From NCBI RefSeq assembly GCF_006345805.1, contig NC_043003.1, positions 15,190,001-15,254,000 on the forward strand: a stretch of DNA of 64,000 bases, read 5' to 3'. The notes under the pieces were generated by a model, which worked only from the letters and a program-made list of their open reading frames with translations, did no database searches and had not been told where the DNA came from. Position 1 is the first letter of the stretch. Every line of letters begins with the position of its first letter. This document shows positions 27,590-40,600 of the stretch, one piece after another. The translations under genes and the position numbers were made by a program. Source of the stretch: Octopus sinensis. Lineage: Eukaryota.

Positions 27590-27960
27590 CAGTCCTCTCC
27601 CTATATATTGCAGTAAAGGAGATACACGAATACCCTATCTGGACCTATCCTCTGCATTCACACCTCACATTTCACTAACGTAGAGAATTGCTGTTCATAC
27701 ACAAGCATTATACAATCTGCCTTTCACTCTGACAGAAATTCTCTGTAGAAATTCCCTACCTGGACGAGACAGAGAATTGCTGTTCGTACACAAGCATTAT
27801 ACAGTCTGCCTTTCACTCTGACAGAGGGGCTTATTGTTGCTGATAGAGGTAATAGTTCTCTGAACTTTCTCCAGCTGGTCTTTCTAGCAACTGTACTTAC
27901 AGAACACTCTCCTCCACCACTAACTGAAAGTCTTTGCAGCAGCTTAACCCTTTTGATATC
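27590..27960 (-). mobile_element. RTE LINE fragment with an internal duplication of about 95 bp
   Basis: WRKFRELLPL…RVKGRLYNACVRTAIL; the segment 27690-27830 is tandemly repeated. Confidence 0.65.
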
Positions 27961-28465
27961 AACTAACACACTATTGTGGAGGCACATGGCCTAGTGGTTA
28001 GAGCAGCGGTCGAGGGATTGCGGGTTCGAATCTCAGATCGGGCGATGTGTGTGTTTATGAGCGAAAACACCTAAGCTCCACGCGACTCCGGCAGAAGGTA
28101 ATGGCAAACTTCTGCTGACTCTTTCGCCACAGCTTTCCTCCTGCATCTTGCAGCTCACCTGCAACAGACCGGCGTCCCGTCCAGGTGGGGAACCTATACG
28201 CCAAGGAAACCGGCCCTTATGAGCCAGGGATGGCTCGAGAAGGAACAAACAACACACTACTTGCTCCTGGTTTCATGATACAAACTTCCTGTTTTAAAGA
28301 GATACTAATTTAAACCTTGTGGAGGCGTGTGGCTTAATGGTTAGAGTATTGAACTCGTGATCGTAAGTTATGGTTTCAATTCTTGGACCGGGTGATGCAT
28401 TGTGTTCTTGAGCAAAACACTTCATTTCACATTGCTCCAGTCCACTGAGCTGGCAAAAATGAGTA

Positions 28466-28927
28466 CCGTAAATCTTTGAGTATAATCTGCATTTTTTCCC
28501 CAAAATTTAAAGGTCAAAATCCCTAGTGTGTACTATACACGAGGTTAAAAATGAAAATTATTTTCTAAGCAATGTCCGAGTCTCTATTTGCTGTCCGGCA
28601 ATGTTTATTCAGACGCATTTTGTGATGTCGGGTGTGAAAATACCTTAAGCTAAGCCTGAAAGCAATGAAGTCATAAAAGAATCATCCATAACTTGCAGTA
28701 AACAACATATATTAAACATTATTGCTGTTATTTCTTTATTTTCTGCAAACAAAATGCACAAAAAAGCTACACGTTTGCATTATGTTATATATACAATAAT
28801 ATTAAAGGACGTTATATAGACCTCTTTGACTCAAGTTGAAGGGGTGCGTATTATACACAAGATTTAGGTTTTTCAGAGATAAACACCCCCTAAAAATTCC
28901 CTGCGTATTATACTCGAGGATTTATGG
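28466..28927 (-). mobile_element. Tc2/pogo-like MITE nested in a tRNA-SINE
   Basis: Reverse copy of 20931-21441; splits the SINE at 28318-29005. Confidence 0.8.
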
Positions 28928-29419
28928 CAATCCTGCGACTGACCAGCATCCCGTCCAGGTGGAGAATTTCTACGCCACTGAAACTGGGAAACCGGCCCTT
29001 ATTTAATTAAAACTGTCCATCAAAATTTCATGCTAATTTATGTTCAAAACTCCAGCTTTAATAATGACTTAGTTTACTGAATTCTTCATTAATTTTAAAT
29101 GATGATGATGATGAAAGAGGCTGTGTATTTCAGTAAAATATGGTAACAAAAGTGTTGACCTGAAGACTGAATTGGCAGGTTTCAGTGTTATTTAACAACT
29201 CATCAGTATTTGCTCACTTCTTCCCAAGATACCAAGACAAAGTAGGAGAAAGCCATTCAAAAAAGTATAAATAAAATTGTACCAGACACAACTCATTTAC
29301 ATAATGGTACAAGGTTTATGACCCAATAATTGAGTACCAAACAGCATGGGTTATAGAATATATATATCAATGGATCATATATTCAAAAAAGAAGCACACT
29401 AAGTTAGAGCAGTAATGTA

Positions 29420-29985
29420 TTGGGTTGTCTGGAAAGTTCGTGCCGATTTATAGTAGCTTACCTTTCGACTTATTTTAGAACATGGTTGAGTCCATAAAAT
29501 AGGATTTGACTACACCTCCATTTAGAGCACAGTTTAAGCTATCTTTTCATGAAAGAAGATTTATGTTCCTATAACCTGTGTTAATTCTGTAACCCTTTAA
29601 AATGGAAGATAAGAAAGTTCAATTTCGGCACTTGATGCTTTGGGAACCAGACAAAAATTGCTGCAGCTCGGATGGGATGTGTTACCCCACCCTCCATATT
29701 CACCAGATATTGCTCCTTCGGATTTCCACTTATTCAGGTTTCTGCAGAATAGTCTTAATGGTAAAAATTTCAATTCCTTGGATGACGTAAAAAGATACCT
29801 TGATGAATTCTTTGCCATGAAACCACCTCAATTCTCAGAAGTGGGTATTTTCAAGTTAAAGGAAAGATGGAGACGCATTGTGCTACAAAATGGTTCATAT
29901 TTGGTTGATTAAAAATGTAATGGCAAGTATTTATTGACCTTTTTCTTTCCTTTAAAAATCGGCACAAACTTTCTGGACAACCCAA
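29420..29985 (+). mobile_element. Internally deleted mariner (Hsmar1/Mos1-type)
   Basis: About 30-bp TIRs TTGGGTTGTCTGGAAAGTTCGTGCCGATTT with 5' TA; N-terminal MEDKKVQFRHLMLW joined out of frame to C-terminal LPHPPYSPDIAPSDFHLF…NGSY. Confidence 0.92.
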
Positions 29986-30824
29986 GGAAGTTAAATATAT
30001 GTCCAGTCATAGAATGACCAATGGTTTCACATCCATAAGCACTTAACTTTATATATATACATATATATATATATAAACATATATATGGAGAACGGACGTT
30101 AAACGATGATGATGATGATGATGATATATATAAATGTAGATCAAATTTACAGTAAACAAAAGATGACAAGTGAAGGAACCATAAGCAGGTGTATTAACTT
30201 AATGCTCAGGAAGACTGGAAAAGTCTTTGACATTTCGAGCCTATGCTCTTCAAGAGAAATGGATAAGAGGAAGGATGCAGGAATGGACATGTGGTCAAGA
30301 AGCTTGCTTGCAACCGTGAAATCCATGCTCGCATGGAAAACAGACACTAAATGATGATGACGATGATGATGATATATATATATACATATGCATACACACA
30401 CACATAAATATACACACAATCACACACACACATGTATGTATATGTGTTTGTATTTCTGTTTGTCTCTCCCAGCAGCGTCTGACGACCAGTAATGATTTGT
30501 TTACATCCTTGTAACTTAGCACTTTGGCAAAAGAGATCAATAGAATAAGTACCAGACTTTTAAAATTGAGGAATGGGGTCAATTTGTTTGACTAAACCCT
30601 TCAAGGTCACAGTTCAATGACGGAAACACGAAATTGTTACAAATACCAACAAGGATGGGGAAATGAGATGATGTGATGTTCATGCATTTCTCAAGGAGAT
30701 GAGAGATATAAGTGGAAGGATTATAAATTGGAACTGAAATCTGGTTACACCAAAATACCCCTCCCCCACCTTTACCAGTATTTCTGCAAAAACTCAAGTC
30801 AAAATTTACAAATTTAAATAAAAT

Positions 30825-31643
30825 TTATTCTTCTCCTAAAGGTCCAATTCTGTTTTCAAACATTTCTCCCATCACAGAAAGTTTCATATGGAATGGTTGA
30901 GCTGGGCAATACATTAAAGAATATGGTGCTTTGAATCCAATCTCAAAGTCTTTTAAGCTTTTGTAAAGGTCAGCAATATTCGGTTCTTCAGATCTCTCTG
31001 AATCTTTCACCGGGCTATCATTTTCGTCAACATTTAGATCATTTAAAATCGATGTATTTCCACCCCTATTGTCTGTTTGTGGTGAAGATTTCTCTTGTTT
31101 TATTTCTATATTGATTTTAACATTTTCCTTATCTTTTTCAGTTTTATCTGAACTGGAAGAAGTGTGGTTACTGGATTCACTTTCAGATTTCGTTGTGTTT
31201 GAAGCCCCAGAACTGTCCCCAGTCTCTTTGGAAGAATCTTCTGAATTAGATTCTGACCCATTATCACTGTTTTCTGTCTGTTGGTCTTTTCTTTTCTTCT
31301 CCCATTTTTGCCCTCCATAGTGCTGGCCCTCGTCTGTAGCCCCCAACAATGCTAATAAATCCAAATTGTCATGAAGTTTAAAAAGAATGTCATCATCTTT
31401 TTTCTTTACTGCGCTGCAACAATGAACAGCAGCCACATCAATAGGGTGGCCTTCAGTGTTAAACACATAACCTCCAGCATCGATAACACACTCTCCGTAT
31501 GTGGTCTCTATGACTTCACCTCTGCTTCCGTTATTATGGATAAAATGGTCGGGGGTAAACAGCAGGTACATGTATTTCAGAGTCTCTGCTAGAAAAAATG
31601 ACTCCATCCTATTTTCCAGCCGGTGGTCAGTCACATCTTTTAC
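30825..31643 (-). CDS. EDEM2: EDEM2 exon 10 (last coding)
   Basis: ttacag| acceptor; [24 protein letters not shown]...FNTEGHP...CPAQPF...GEE*. Confidence 0.95.
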   Translation of the reverse strand, partial: VKDVTDHRLENRMESFFLAETLKYMYLLFTPDHFIHNNGSRGEVIETTYGECVIDAGGYVFNTEGHPIDVAAVHCCSAVKKKDDDILFKLHDNLDLLALLGATDEGQHYGGQKWEKKRKDQQTENSDNGSESNSEDSSKETGDSSGASNTTKSESESSNHTSSSSDKTEKDKENVKINIEIKQEKSSPQTDNRGGNTSILNDLNVDENDSPVKDSERSEEPNIADLYKSLKDFEIGFKAPYSLMYCPAQPFHMKLSVMGEMFENRIGPLGEE

Positions 31644-34600
31644 CTGTAATGAAAGAAAAATTATACATTATAGTAGTTAGGGGTGGTTATACAACTATGG
31701 GTGGAGGCACATGGCCTAGTGGTTAGAGCAGCGAACTCGCAGTCGAGGGATCACGGGTTCAAATCTCAGACCGGGCGATGTGTGTGTTTATGAGCAAAAC
31801 ACCTAAGCTCCACGCGGCTCCAGCAGAAGGTAATAGCAAACTTCTGCTGACTCTTTCACCACAACTTTCTCTCACTCTTTCCTCCTGCATCTAGCAGCTC
31901 AATTGCGACAGACCAGTGTCCTGTCCAACTGCTACTAATAAATATCAAGCAATTCAAAGTCATATGGTGCTGTTAGAGTTGACCCTGGAATGAGACAACT
32001 GGGTGCAGTTGTTTGGAGGTAGATAATTTGGTATGGCTGACTGGATGCTCAACCTGTTTTGGCGACAGTACTTTTTGGCACTGGAGGGAAACACACATTC
32101 ACACACACACATACACACCTCTGCACAGAAAGATACAGAAAGAAGGAGTGAGAGAGGGATGGAGAGAGAGGAAGAGATGGAAAGAGAGAGAGAGAGAGAG
32201 GGATAGAAAGAAAGAAAGAGAGGGATGGACAGAGAGAGAGAGGGATAGAGAGATGGAAAGAGAGAGAGAGAGAGGGATAGAAAGAAAGAAAGAGAGGGAT
32301 GGACAGAGAAAGAGAGAGGGATAGAAAGAAAGAAAGAGAGGGATGGACAGAGAGAGAGAGAGAGACGGACAGAGAGAGAGAGAGGGATAGAGAGATGGAA
32401 AGAGAGAGAGAGACGGACAGAGAGAGAGAGGGATAGAAAGAGAGAGGGATAGAAAGAGAGAGGGATAGAGAGAGAGGATGGAAAGAGAGGAAGAGAGAGG
32501 GATAGAAAGAAAGAAAGAGAGGGATGGACAGAGAAAGAGAGAGGGACGGACGGATGGAGAGAGAGACAAAGATTGCACTATATCAATTGAACATGACTGC
32601 AAAACCTGTATCTTTTTATCAGTTGATTAGTAACTTCTGCCCCCTCAGGCCTACTCACCTAGACCTGTCACTGAATTTTACTTGACTACAGCAACACAAA
32701 GAATGTTAGCAAAGTTCCACTGTATGGCACCTTGGGCAAGTGTCTTCTACTATTGCCTTGGGCCGACCAAAGCCTTGTGCGTAGATTTGGTAGACGGAAA
32801 CTAAAAGAAGCCCGTCGTATATATGTAAATGTATATATGTGTGTGTGATTGTGTATCTGTGTTTGTCCCCCCAACATCGCTTGACAACCGATACTGGTGT
32901 GTTTACGTCCCCGTAACTTAGCAGTTCGGCAAAAGAGACCGATAGAGTAAATACTAGGCTTACAAAGAATAAGTCCTGGGGTCGATTTGCTCGACTAAAG
33001 GCGGTGCTCCAGCATGGCCGCAGTCAAATGACTGAAACAAGTAAAAGAGTAAAAGAGAGTCCTTAAAAAGCATGAATTCACTTATTCTTTTACTTGTTCC
33101 AGTCATTTGACTGCAGCCATGCTGGAGCACTGCCTAGATAGAGACTTTTAATAAAACTCTTACCGTAGCAAAACCACATCTGGTCTTTGTCACTTGCTCA
33201 ATAGATTCCAACATATCCACTCCAATTTGTAGGAGGTAGGGGTCCTTAGTGGCCTGGTATAAGTACATGGTACTTTCTATCAACTCTGAAGAATTTAAAA
33301 AGTAAAGACAAAACATAAAAATAAAAGTAAAGAAAAACATAAAAATAAAATGAGAAATAAGGAAAATGTCTAACAACGGTGAAAGTTTTTAAAAACCTTT
33401 ATATTTCGGGTGCAAGTGCCCGTCTTCAGAAAAATACAGTCAAAGAAATGTGTGTTTACATAAATGCTGTTATTTTGAGTTAGCAGCAACAACTCATTTT
33501 TCTACTTCTATACTACAATGCTTCAAGTGAACTTCAATGCTCTTATAAAAATAAATGTTTAATCAAAATAAAACTGAGAAAGAGATATATAAAAAATTGG
33601 TTGAGAACCCCTGCTTTAGTTGTGTGCATTGGTATGTATTGCAAGAAACAGCCAGGTTTCTTTCCCTAACATTTTACATAATTCAACCTACACAAGATAA
33701 TGTGTGAGAAACAAAATAGGAATTTTGAAAGAAGCTTCTATAAAACAAGTTTTAAAATATTCTTTTCTACTCTAGGCACAAGGCCCGAAATTTTTCGAGG
33801 GAGGAGGCCAGTTGATTAGATCGACCCCAGTACACAACTGGTACTTAACTTATCGACTCCAAAAGGATGAAAGGTAAAGTCGACCTTGGTGGAATTTGAA
33901 CTCGGAGCATAAAGACAGATAAAATACCTATTTCTTTACAACCCACAAGGGGCTAAATACAGAGGGGACAAACAAGGACAGACAAACGGATTAAGTCGAT
34001 CACATCGACCCTAGTGCGTAACTGGTACTTATTTAATTGACCCCAAAAGGATGAACGGCAAAGTCGAACTCGGTGGAATTTGAACTCAGAATGTAGCGGC
34101 AGACGAAATACTGTTAAGCATTTCGCCCGGCATGCTAACGATTCTGCCAGCTTGCTGCCTTCAAGTTTTTAAATATTGAATGGCTACAGGGGTCCACCAG
34201 AATAAAATAGTAATCAAAGGGGTCCATAGATAAAAAGTAGTTGAGAACCTCTGCCCTAACCACTGGGCAATGCACTTTCACAAGTAAAATATAGTTAGAT
34301 TAAAAATCTTGACCAGGCTTAATCAAGAATTAATTACAAGTAAATAATTAGGCAAAGGCATGTTAATGAAGTAAGAAGTTTGGTTTCCAACCGCATATAT
34401 ATTTGTGTGTATAAGTGTGAGTGTGTGTGATTGCCTGTTAGTGTGTATTTGTTCTCCACCACCGCTTGACAACTGGTGTTGGTGTGTTTGTATTTATGTG
34501 CCCTTTTCAAGCCTAGCCAGGCTCATGAGCCCGGTTTCCCAGTTTCTATGGCGTATGTGTTCCCCCCAGCTGGACGGGATGCCAGTCCATTGCAGCATTA

Positions 34601-37600
34601 CTCAAGAAACAGGAAGAAAGAGTGAGAGAAAGTTGGGGTGAAAGAGTACAACAAGGGTCGCCACCACCCCCTGCCAAAGCCTCGTGGAGCTTAAGGTGTT
34701 TTTGCTCAATAAACGCACACAATGCTCGGTCTGGGAATCGAAACTGCGATCCTCTGACCGCAAGTCCACTGCCCTTACCACTGGGCCATTGCGCTTCCAA
34801 AATGTTCCTTCTCGAGCCATGCCAGGTTCATAAGGGCCAGTTTCCCGGTTTCAGTGACGTAGAAATTCCTCACCTGGACGGGACGCTGGTCTGTCGCAGG
34901 ATTACTCACTTTTGCCAGCTGAGCCGACTGGAGCAACGTGAAATGAAGTGTTTTCTTCAAGAACACAACGCATCGCCTGGTCCAGGAATTGAAACCACAA
35001 CCTTATGATCATGAGTTCAACACCCTAACCACTAAGCCACATGCCGCCACGTTGGTGTGTTTACATCCTTGCAATGAAGTGGTTAGGGACCAAAAGAGAC
35101 CAATGAAGTAAGTAGCAGGCTTAAAAAAACAAAGTATTGGGGTCAATTCATTTGATTAAAAAATTCTTCAAGTTGGTGTCCCGATATGACTGAAACAAGC
35201 AAAAGAATAATTAATAAAAATATAATTATTTCATAATTAACCTGGTCTCAAAGGATATCCTTCTCGATTGGCATGGGCGTCGGCTTTTGGAATGTTATAG
35301 AATTCAGGAACAAAACCAAACTGTTTCCAAACTTGATGAAAGTTCAGAATAGTTTTCATAGCACTGTCATTATCCCCAAGCAAACTCTGTAAAAAGGAAT
35401 AATGAATAAAATACTTTGTTATATGTTCTTTACAAGCAGTATAGCCCGGCATTGCTCAGGTTTGTTTTTTTAGTTGCGCTTAAAATGGCAGACTTTTATG
35501 TTGCGTTGACAAAGTTTTGACATAGTTTCAATCTTTTTTGAAAAGTAAAAATTTGGTATTATGTAGCTTGTTATTCTCTTTAAGTGAACATTTTTCTGGT
35601 TGAAATACACCAAAAAATGGCGACACAGCAGTAAAAAAATCGTAAAAAATAGGGATTTCCATAGAAAAAAACCACCTTTTGATGTAAATAACTTTTGGTC
35701 TTAACATGGTCCGAATTGAATTTTTTCTTCTACAGAATTAAGAGCAAGCCTTCTTCTATCATATTTTCAATTTTGGTCAAGTTACGCTGCAGGGTCTCGG
35801 AGGAGATAGTGTTAGTTGAAGGCTACCAAACCTGCCACACACACTCACAGACAACTTCAGCTTTATATATATAGATAAAAATATTTTGAGTTGGTTAATA
35901 TATATGAGTATCAGATTCATTAATGACCAGTTCTTTATGAAATATTAAGTATCATTAGTCACCATTTAAAAATCCACTTTTCCATGTTTGCATGGGTTGG
36001 ATGGAATTTGTTGAAGCAGATTTTCCTCTGTCCAAATGCCCTTCCTCTCACCTACGTACACCTGTTTTTAAGCAAGGTAATATTTCTAAAAGCCACTCAT
36101 GTTACATGTTTATATGTTTTCTACAGAAGATTGGAAACAAAAGCCACTTGTAAGGTGGTGGTGCTTGTCTATAAACATCATGTGATGTTGAGACAAGGAC
36201 AGATAGATGGATGCACATGCATACATCTTGAGAAATTAGGCTTCTCAAGACCAGAAAGAAGAAAGCTGGTTCAAAGACTACAGATCCAATCCATCACTGG
36301 AACTGTAAAAAATCTATAAAACTTTCCAAAAGTTTATCATTTAAGTATATAGCATGTCTATATATGCATCTATATGCATGAGAAGACATACATAAAACAA
36401 ACTATACAATTATGCATGAATGCATACATACATTCATACAAATAAATGGCTATATCACTTTGAAAACACCAGTTCTCGTCCAATCACCAAAGTTAAGCAA
36501 AGTTGAGCCTGGTTAGTACTTCGATGGGTGACCGCTTGGGAAACCTAGGTGCTGTAAGCGTCTTAAAAAATAGGCACAGGAGTGGCTGTGTGGTAAGTAG
36601 CTTGCTTACCAACCACATGGTTCTGGGTTCAGTCCCACTGTATGGCACTTTCGGCAAGTGTCTTCTACTATAGCCTTGGGCCGACCAAAGCCTTGTGAGT
36701 GGATTTGGTAGACGGAAACTGAAAGAAGCCCATCGTATATATGTATCATCATCATCATCATCATCATCGTTTAGCGTCCGTTTTCCATGCTAGCATGGGT
36801 TGGACGGTTCTACTGGGGTCTGTGAAGCCAGAAGGCTTCATCAGGCCCAGTCAAATCTGGGAGTGTTTCTACGGCTGGATGCCCTTCCTAACGCCAACCA
36901 CTCCGTGAGTGTAGTGGGTGCTTTTTACGTGCCACCCGCACTGGTGCCAGACAGAGCTGGCAAACGGCCACGAACGGATGGTGCTTTTTATGTGCCACCG
37001 GCACGAGGGCCAGGCGAGGCTGGCAATGGACACGAAACGGGGCGGTGCTGGCAACGGTCGCGAAACGGAAAGTTCTCTTACATGCCACCGGCACTGGTAA
37101 CACATGTATATATATATGTGTGTGTGTGTGTTTGTGTGTCAGTGTTTGTCTCCTCAACATCGCTTGACAACTGATGCTGTGTTGACATCTCCGTAACTTA
37201 GTGGTTCAGCATAAGAGACTGATAGTATAAATACTAGGCTTACAAAGAATAAGTCCTGGGGTCGATTTGCTTGACTAAAGGTGATGCTCCAGCATGGCCA
37301 CAGTCAAGTGACTGAAACAAGTAAAAGAGTAAACAAAACTACCCTGCTGATGCTGAAATTCAAATGAAAGAGCCTCGGATCTAGGTTAGAAACTGGCATT
37401 TTCTTTACTGCCAAGAAATCTTGAAATAAAACTGAATAATGATAATGACATACATACACACATACATATATAATGTATATGTGTGTGTGCTTTTTAAAAT
37501 TTTTTTAAAGCATTCGCTCATTACAAGGTCCTTAGACCACTGAAAACGTAAGAGCTACTAGAATAAAATGGACGCTGGGCAGAAGTCAATGGGTGATGAT

Positions 37601-40600
37601 GTACATTAGACTTAAAAGACTGGAGGCCATATTGAAGAGGAAGAACAAGAGTGTGGAAGGGAATTCCAAAGTTCAGAGGACACTTAGGAGGTTGCACAGT
37701 ATACTGATGAGAACTGGATGCAAGTCTAGTTGATTGCTGATAAGTTCTTAAAGGAGGAACCAAAGAAGAGGGCTCAGCTGAAGAATGTCCATGGAAATAC
37801 TTATAGAAAAAGAGACATGGATGAGAGAATGAATCCAATTTATATATATACTAGCAGCATAGCCCGGCATTGCCCGGGTATGTAAGAGCCCCTGGAGCAG
37901 ACATGATGCTCGCTGTGAATTTTAAAAAAATTCCTGCCAATTTGTGAAAGATATTGTCGAAAATATGTCATCTTGAATTTGAACGCGATTTCCCAAAATG
38001 GCATGATTTTATCGATTTTTTCTGATGGTAAGGTATTGCATGGAAAACTAACGTCAGAATTAAGTTTCTTAGGGTAACATTAAGCTTCACCATGAGTTTG
38101 GTGAAAATCGATTGCAAGTTGCGAAAACTACCACAGGAAATGTGTTGCAAATAAAAAGCTTAGATTCTCGACCCCATGTCGAATTTATCAATTTTTTTCA
38201 GAACTGGGGGAACTTTTCAAACTTTTCGCTGCGTTAGTTTTGAATTATGACATTGGGCTATGTGTGTCAAGTTTCATCAGAATCGGTTGAAAGCCGTGGT
38301 CAGGGTGAGGGTACAACCTGACAGACACACAGACAGACAAACTGCCGTTTATATATAGAGAGAGATATATACACACAAAAATTCTATAATTATGAGTATA
38401 AAAACTACTATTCTACTACTATAAGATATCTCTGTCCGAGAGATATCTTATAGTAGTAGAATAGTAGTTTTTAACTGCTATTTCTAAATTTCGGTATGTG
38501 GTGAAGCAAATTTTGCTGAGCCTTAATTATAATTATACTCATAATTATAGAATTTTTGTATAAGTTTACAGATAATGGTTCTTTTAACATACCGAACTAG
38601 TTGGTAAAATGATTAATTATTAATTAATTAATTAATTTTATCCTTTATTATACATATATATATATAAACAAAAACAACAATCTGCCAAAAAAACAACAAA
38701 AAAGATAAGAACTGGGCTTGATTTGTTCAATTAAAACCAATGAAGTTTGTGCCCCAGCATGGGCATAGTCCAACGATTGTAACAAGTAACAGACAAAAGA
38801 TATCAGAAAACTTTTGCAAGAATATTTCAACAAGTGATGGAAAAGAAGGTAAAATAGAAGTCGTTACCTGTATGCCAGGCCAATAGCAATCGAGAGAAGT
38901 AAACACAGGTAATGTGATAGAGCCTTTCTTCATATTGCCCCACATGTACCAATCATCACGTTTCAGGTATTTTTCAATGGCCACTTTACATTCTAGGAAG
39001 TAAATATGGAACAAATTGAGAACAGTTAAGCAGGAAACACACAATATACACACATAACTATACAATGGTATTAAATAAACTTAAAAACAGTTCAAATACA
39101 TTTGAGAGGTATTTGAACCTGTAAAGGCTTTTCACTGCAATGGATCATCTGCATTCATATTCACAAATGTGGAGCACTTTTCTTAACCCTTAAGCTTTCA
39201 GATTACACTGTCGAATGTAATACCGTAAATCCTCGAGTATAGTCTGCCCTTGAGTATAATACACAGGGGATTTTTAGGGGGCTGTACTTCTGAAAAACCT
39301 AAACCTTGTGTATAATACGCACCCCTTAAGCCAGCAGCACCTAGTTGAATAAATGCTTCCACGCATGCGTAATACAATAATAGTGACGTTCTTAACTGTT
39401 ATATGGGAATGTAAATATGTTTGCAAATTGTTTTTGTTACATGTTATTCTGTGTTCTGAATACTTTTATTTTAATAAATGTTGCTTACTACATGTTATGG
39501 ATGATTCTTTTATGACTTCATTGCTTTCAGGCTTAGCTTAAGGTATTTTCGCACCCGACATCACAAAATGCTTCTGAATAAACATTGCCAGACAGCAAAT
39601 ATAGACTTGGACATTGCTTAGAAAATAATTTTCATTTTTAACCTCGTATATAGTACGCACAAGGGATTTTGACCTTTAAATTTTGGGAAAAAAATGCTGG
39701 ACTATACTCGAGGATTTATGGTACTTATTTATTCACATCGTTTTCAAATTAATCATGCATTATCTTGTAGCATTGAAATTCCACTGATGTAACTGTTTAT
39801 TTTTTTTTGAATGACAGTGTATGGTAAGCGTGAGAGGCTGGATCTGACTGGTTTGAACATAAAACATGTAGAATACTTGGGTTGGATATGGCCAGTTTAA
39901 ATGCTAAAGGTTTAAATGAAAGAATCTTCAGTAAATCTTAAGAAAATGAGAAATAGTGACAATTTACCATTAAACATGGCCAACATTTCTGGAGAGTTGA
40001 ACATAATCGATCCCTTGACAAGATATTCTAGATAGGAATCTACGCCAGCACCAATACCCATGTCAAGAGCTGTCCATCTGCCAGTTCTTACATCAATATG
40101 GTTACCAAACTGAAATGGAAAACAAAATATGAAGGCATAAAAATCCAGCTAAATCCAGTCTTATACTTGGTTAATCTAGTCCAACACATCTGTACCTTAA
40201 TTATTTTACTAAATTCCTCTGAATGCCTGATTATTTTCAAAATTAAGTGAGACACATGGATAGATTATTTCATTGGAAAAATGGACTTTGGAAAGAAGAA
40301 ATTAATCAACTTACCAAGTCTATATCAGACCGGAAATTCCAAAGTGATTTCATAGCCCTCATTGCTGCATTCTCAAAGATTGGATCTCCAGTAAGTCTAC
40401 TGAGGGTTCCAAATTCTACAATGAATGTTCCCACTCCAGCAGTACAGGTAACAGTGGTTTCTCCTGCTGGAACACCATGTCGTAAGTTTATGGTGCCATA
40501 TGGCATTCCGGTTGGAGTATCGAAGGCTGGAGCAAAACATAAATAGATGTTGTACTTCAAAATAAAAATGGAAAGTAGCAGAATGGAAAATATATATAAG

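Noticed and set aside
29640-29912. SETMAR-like host gene exon
   Set aside because: It lies between mariner TIRs, has an internal deletion and has no splice context.
32099-32602. 167-aa Ser/Leu-rich ORF
   Set aside because: Translation of a (CT)n microsatellite.
36442-36559. Functional 5S rRNA gene
   Set aside because: Single dispersed copy, broken helix I, no oligo-T terminator.
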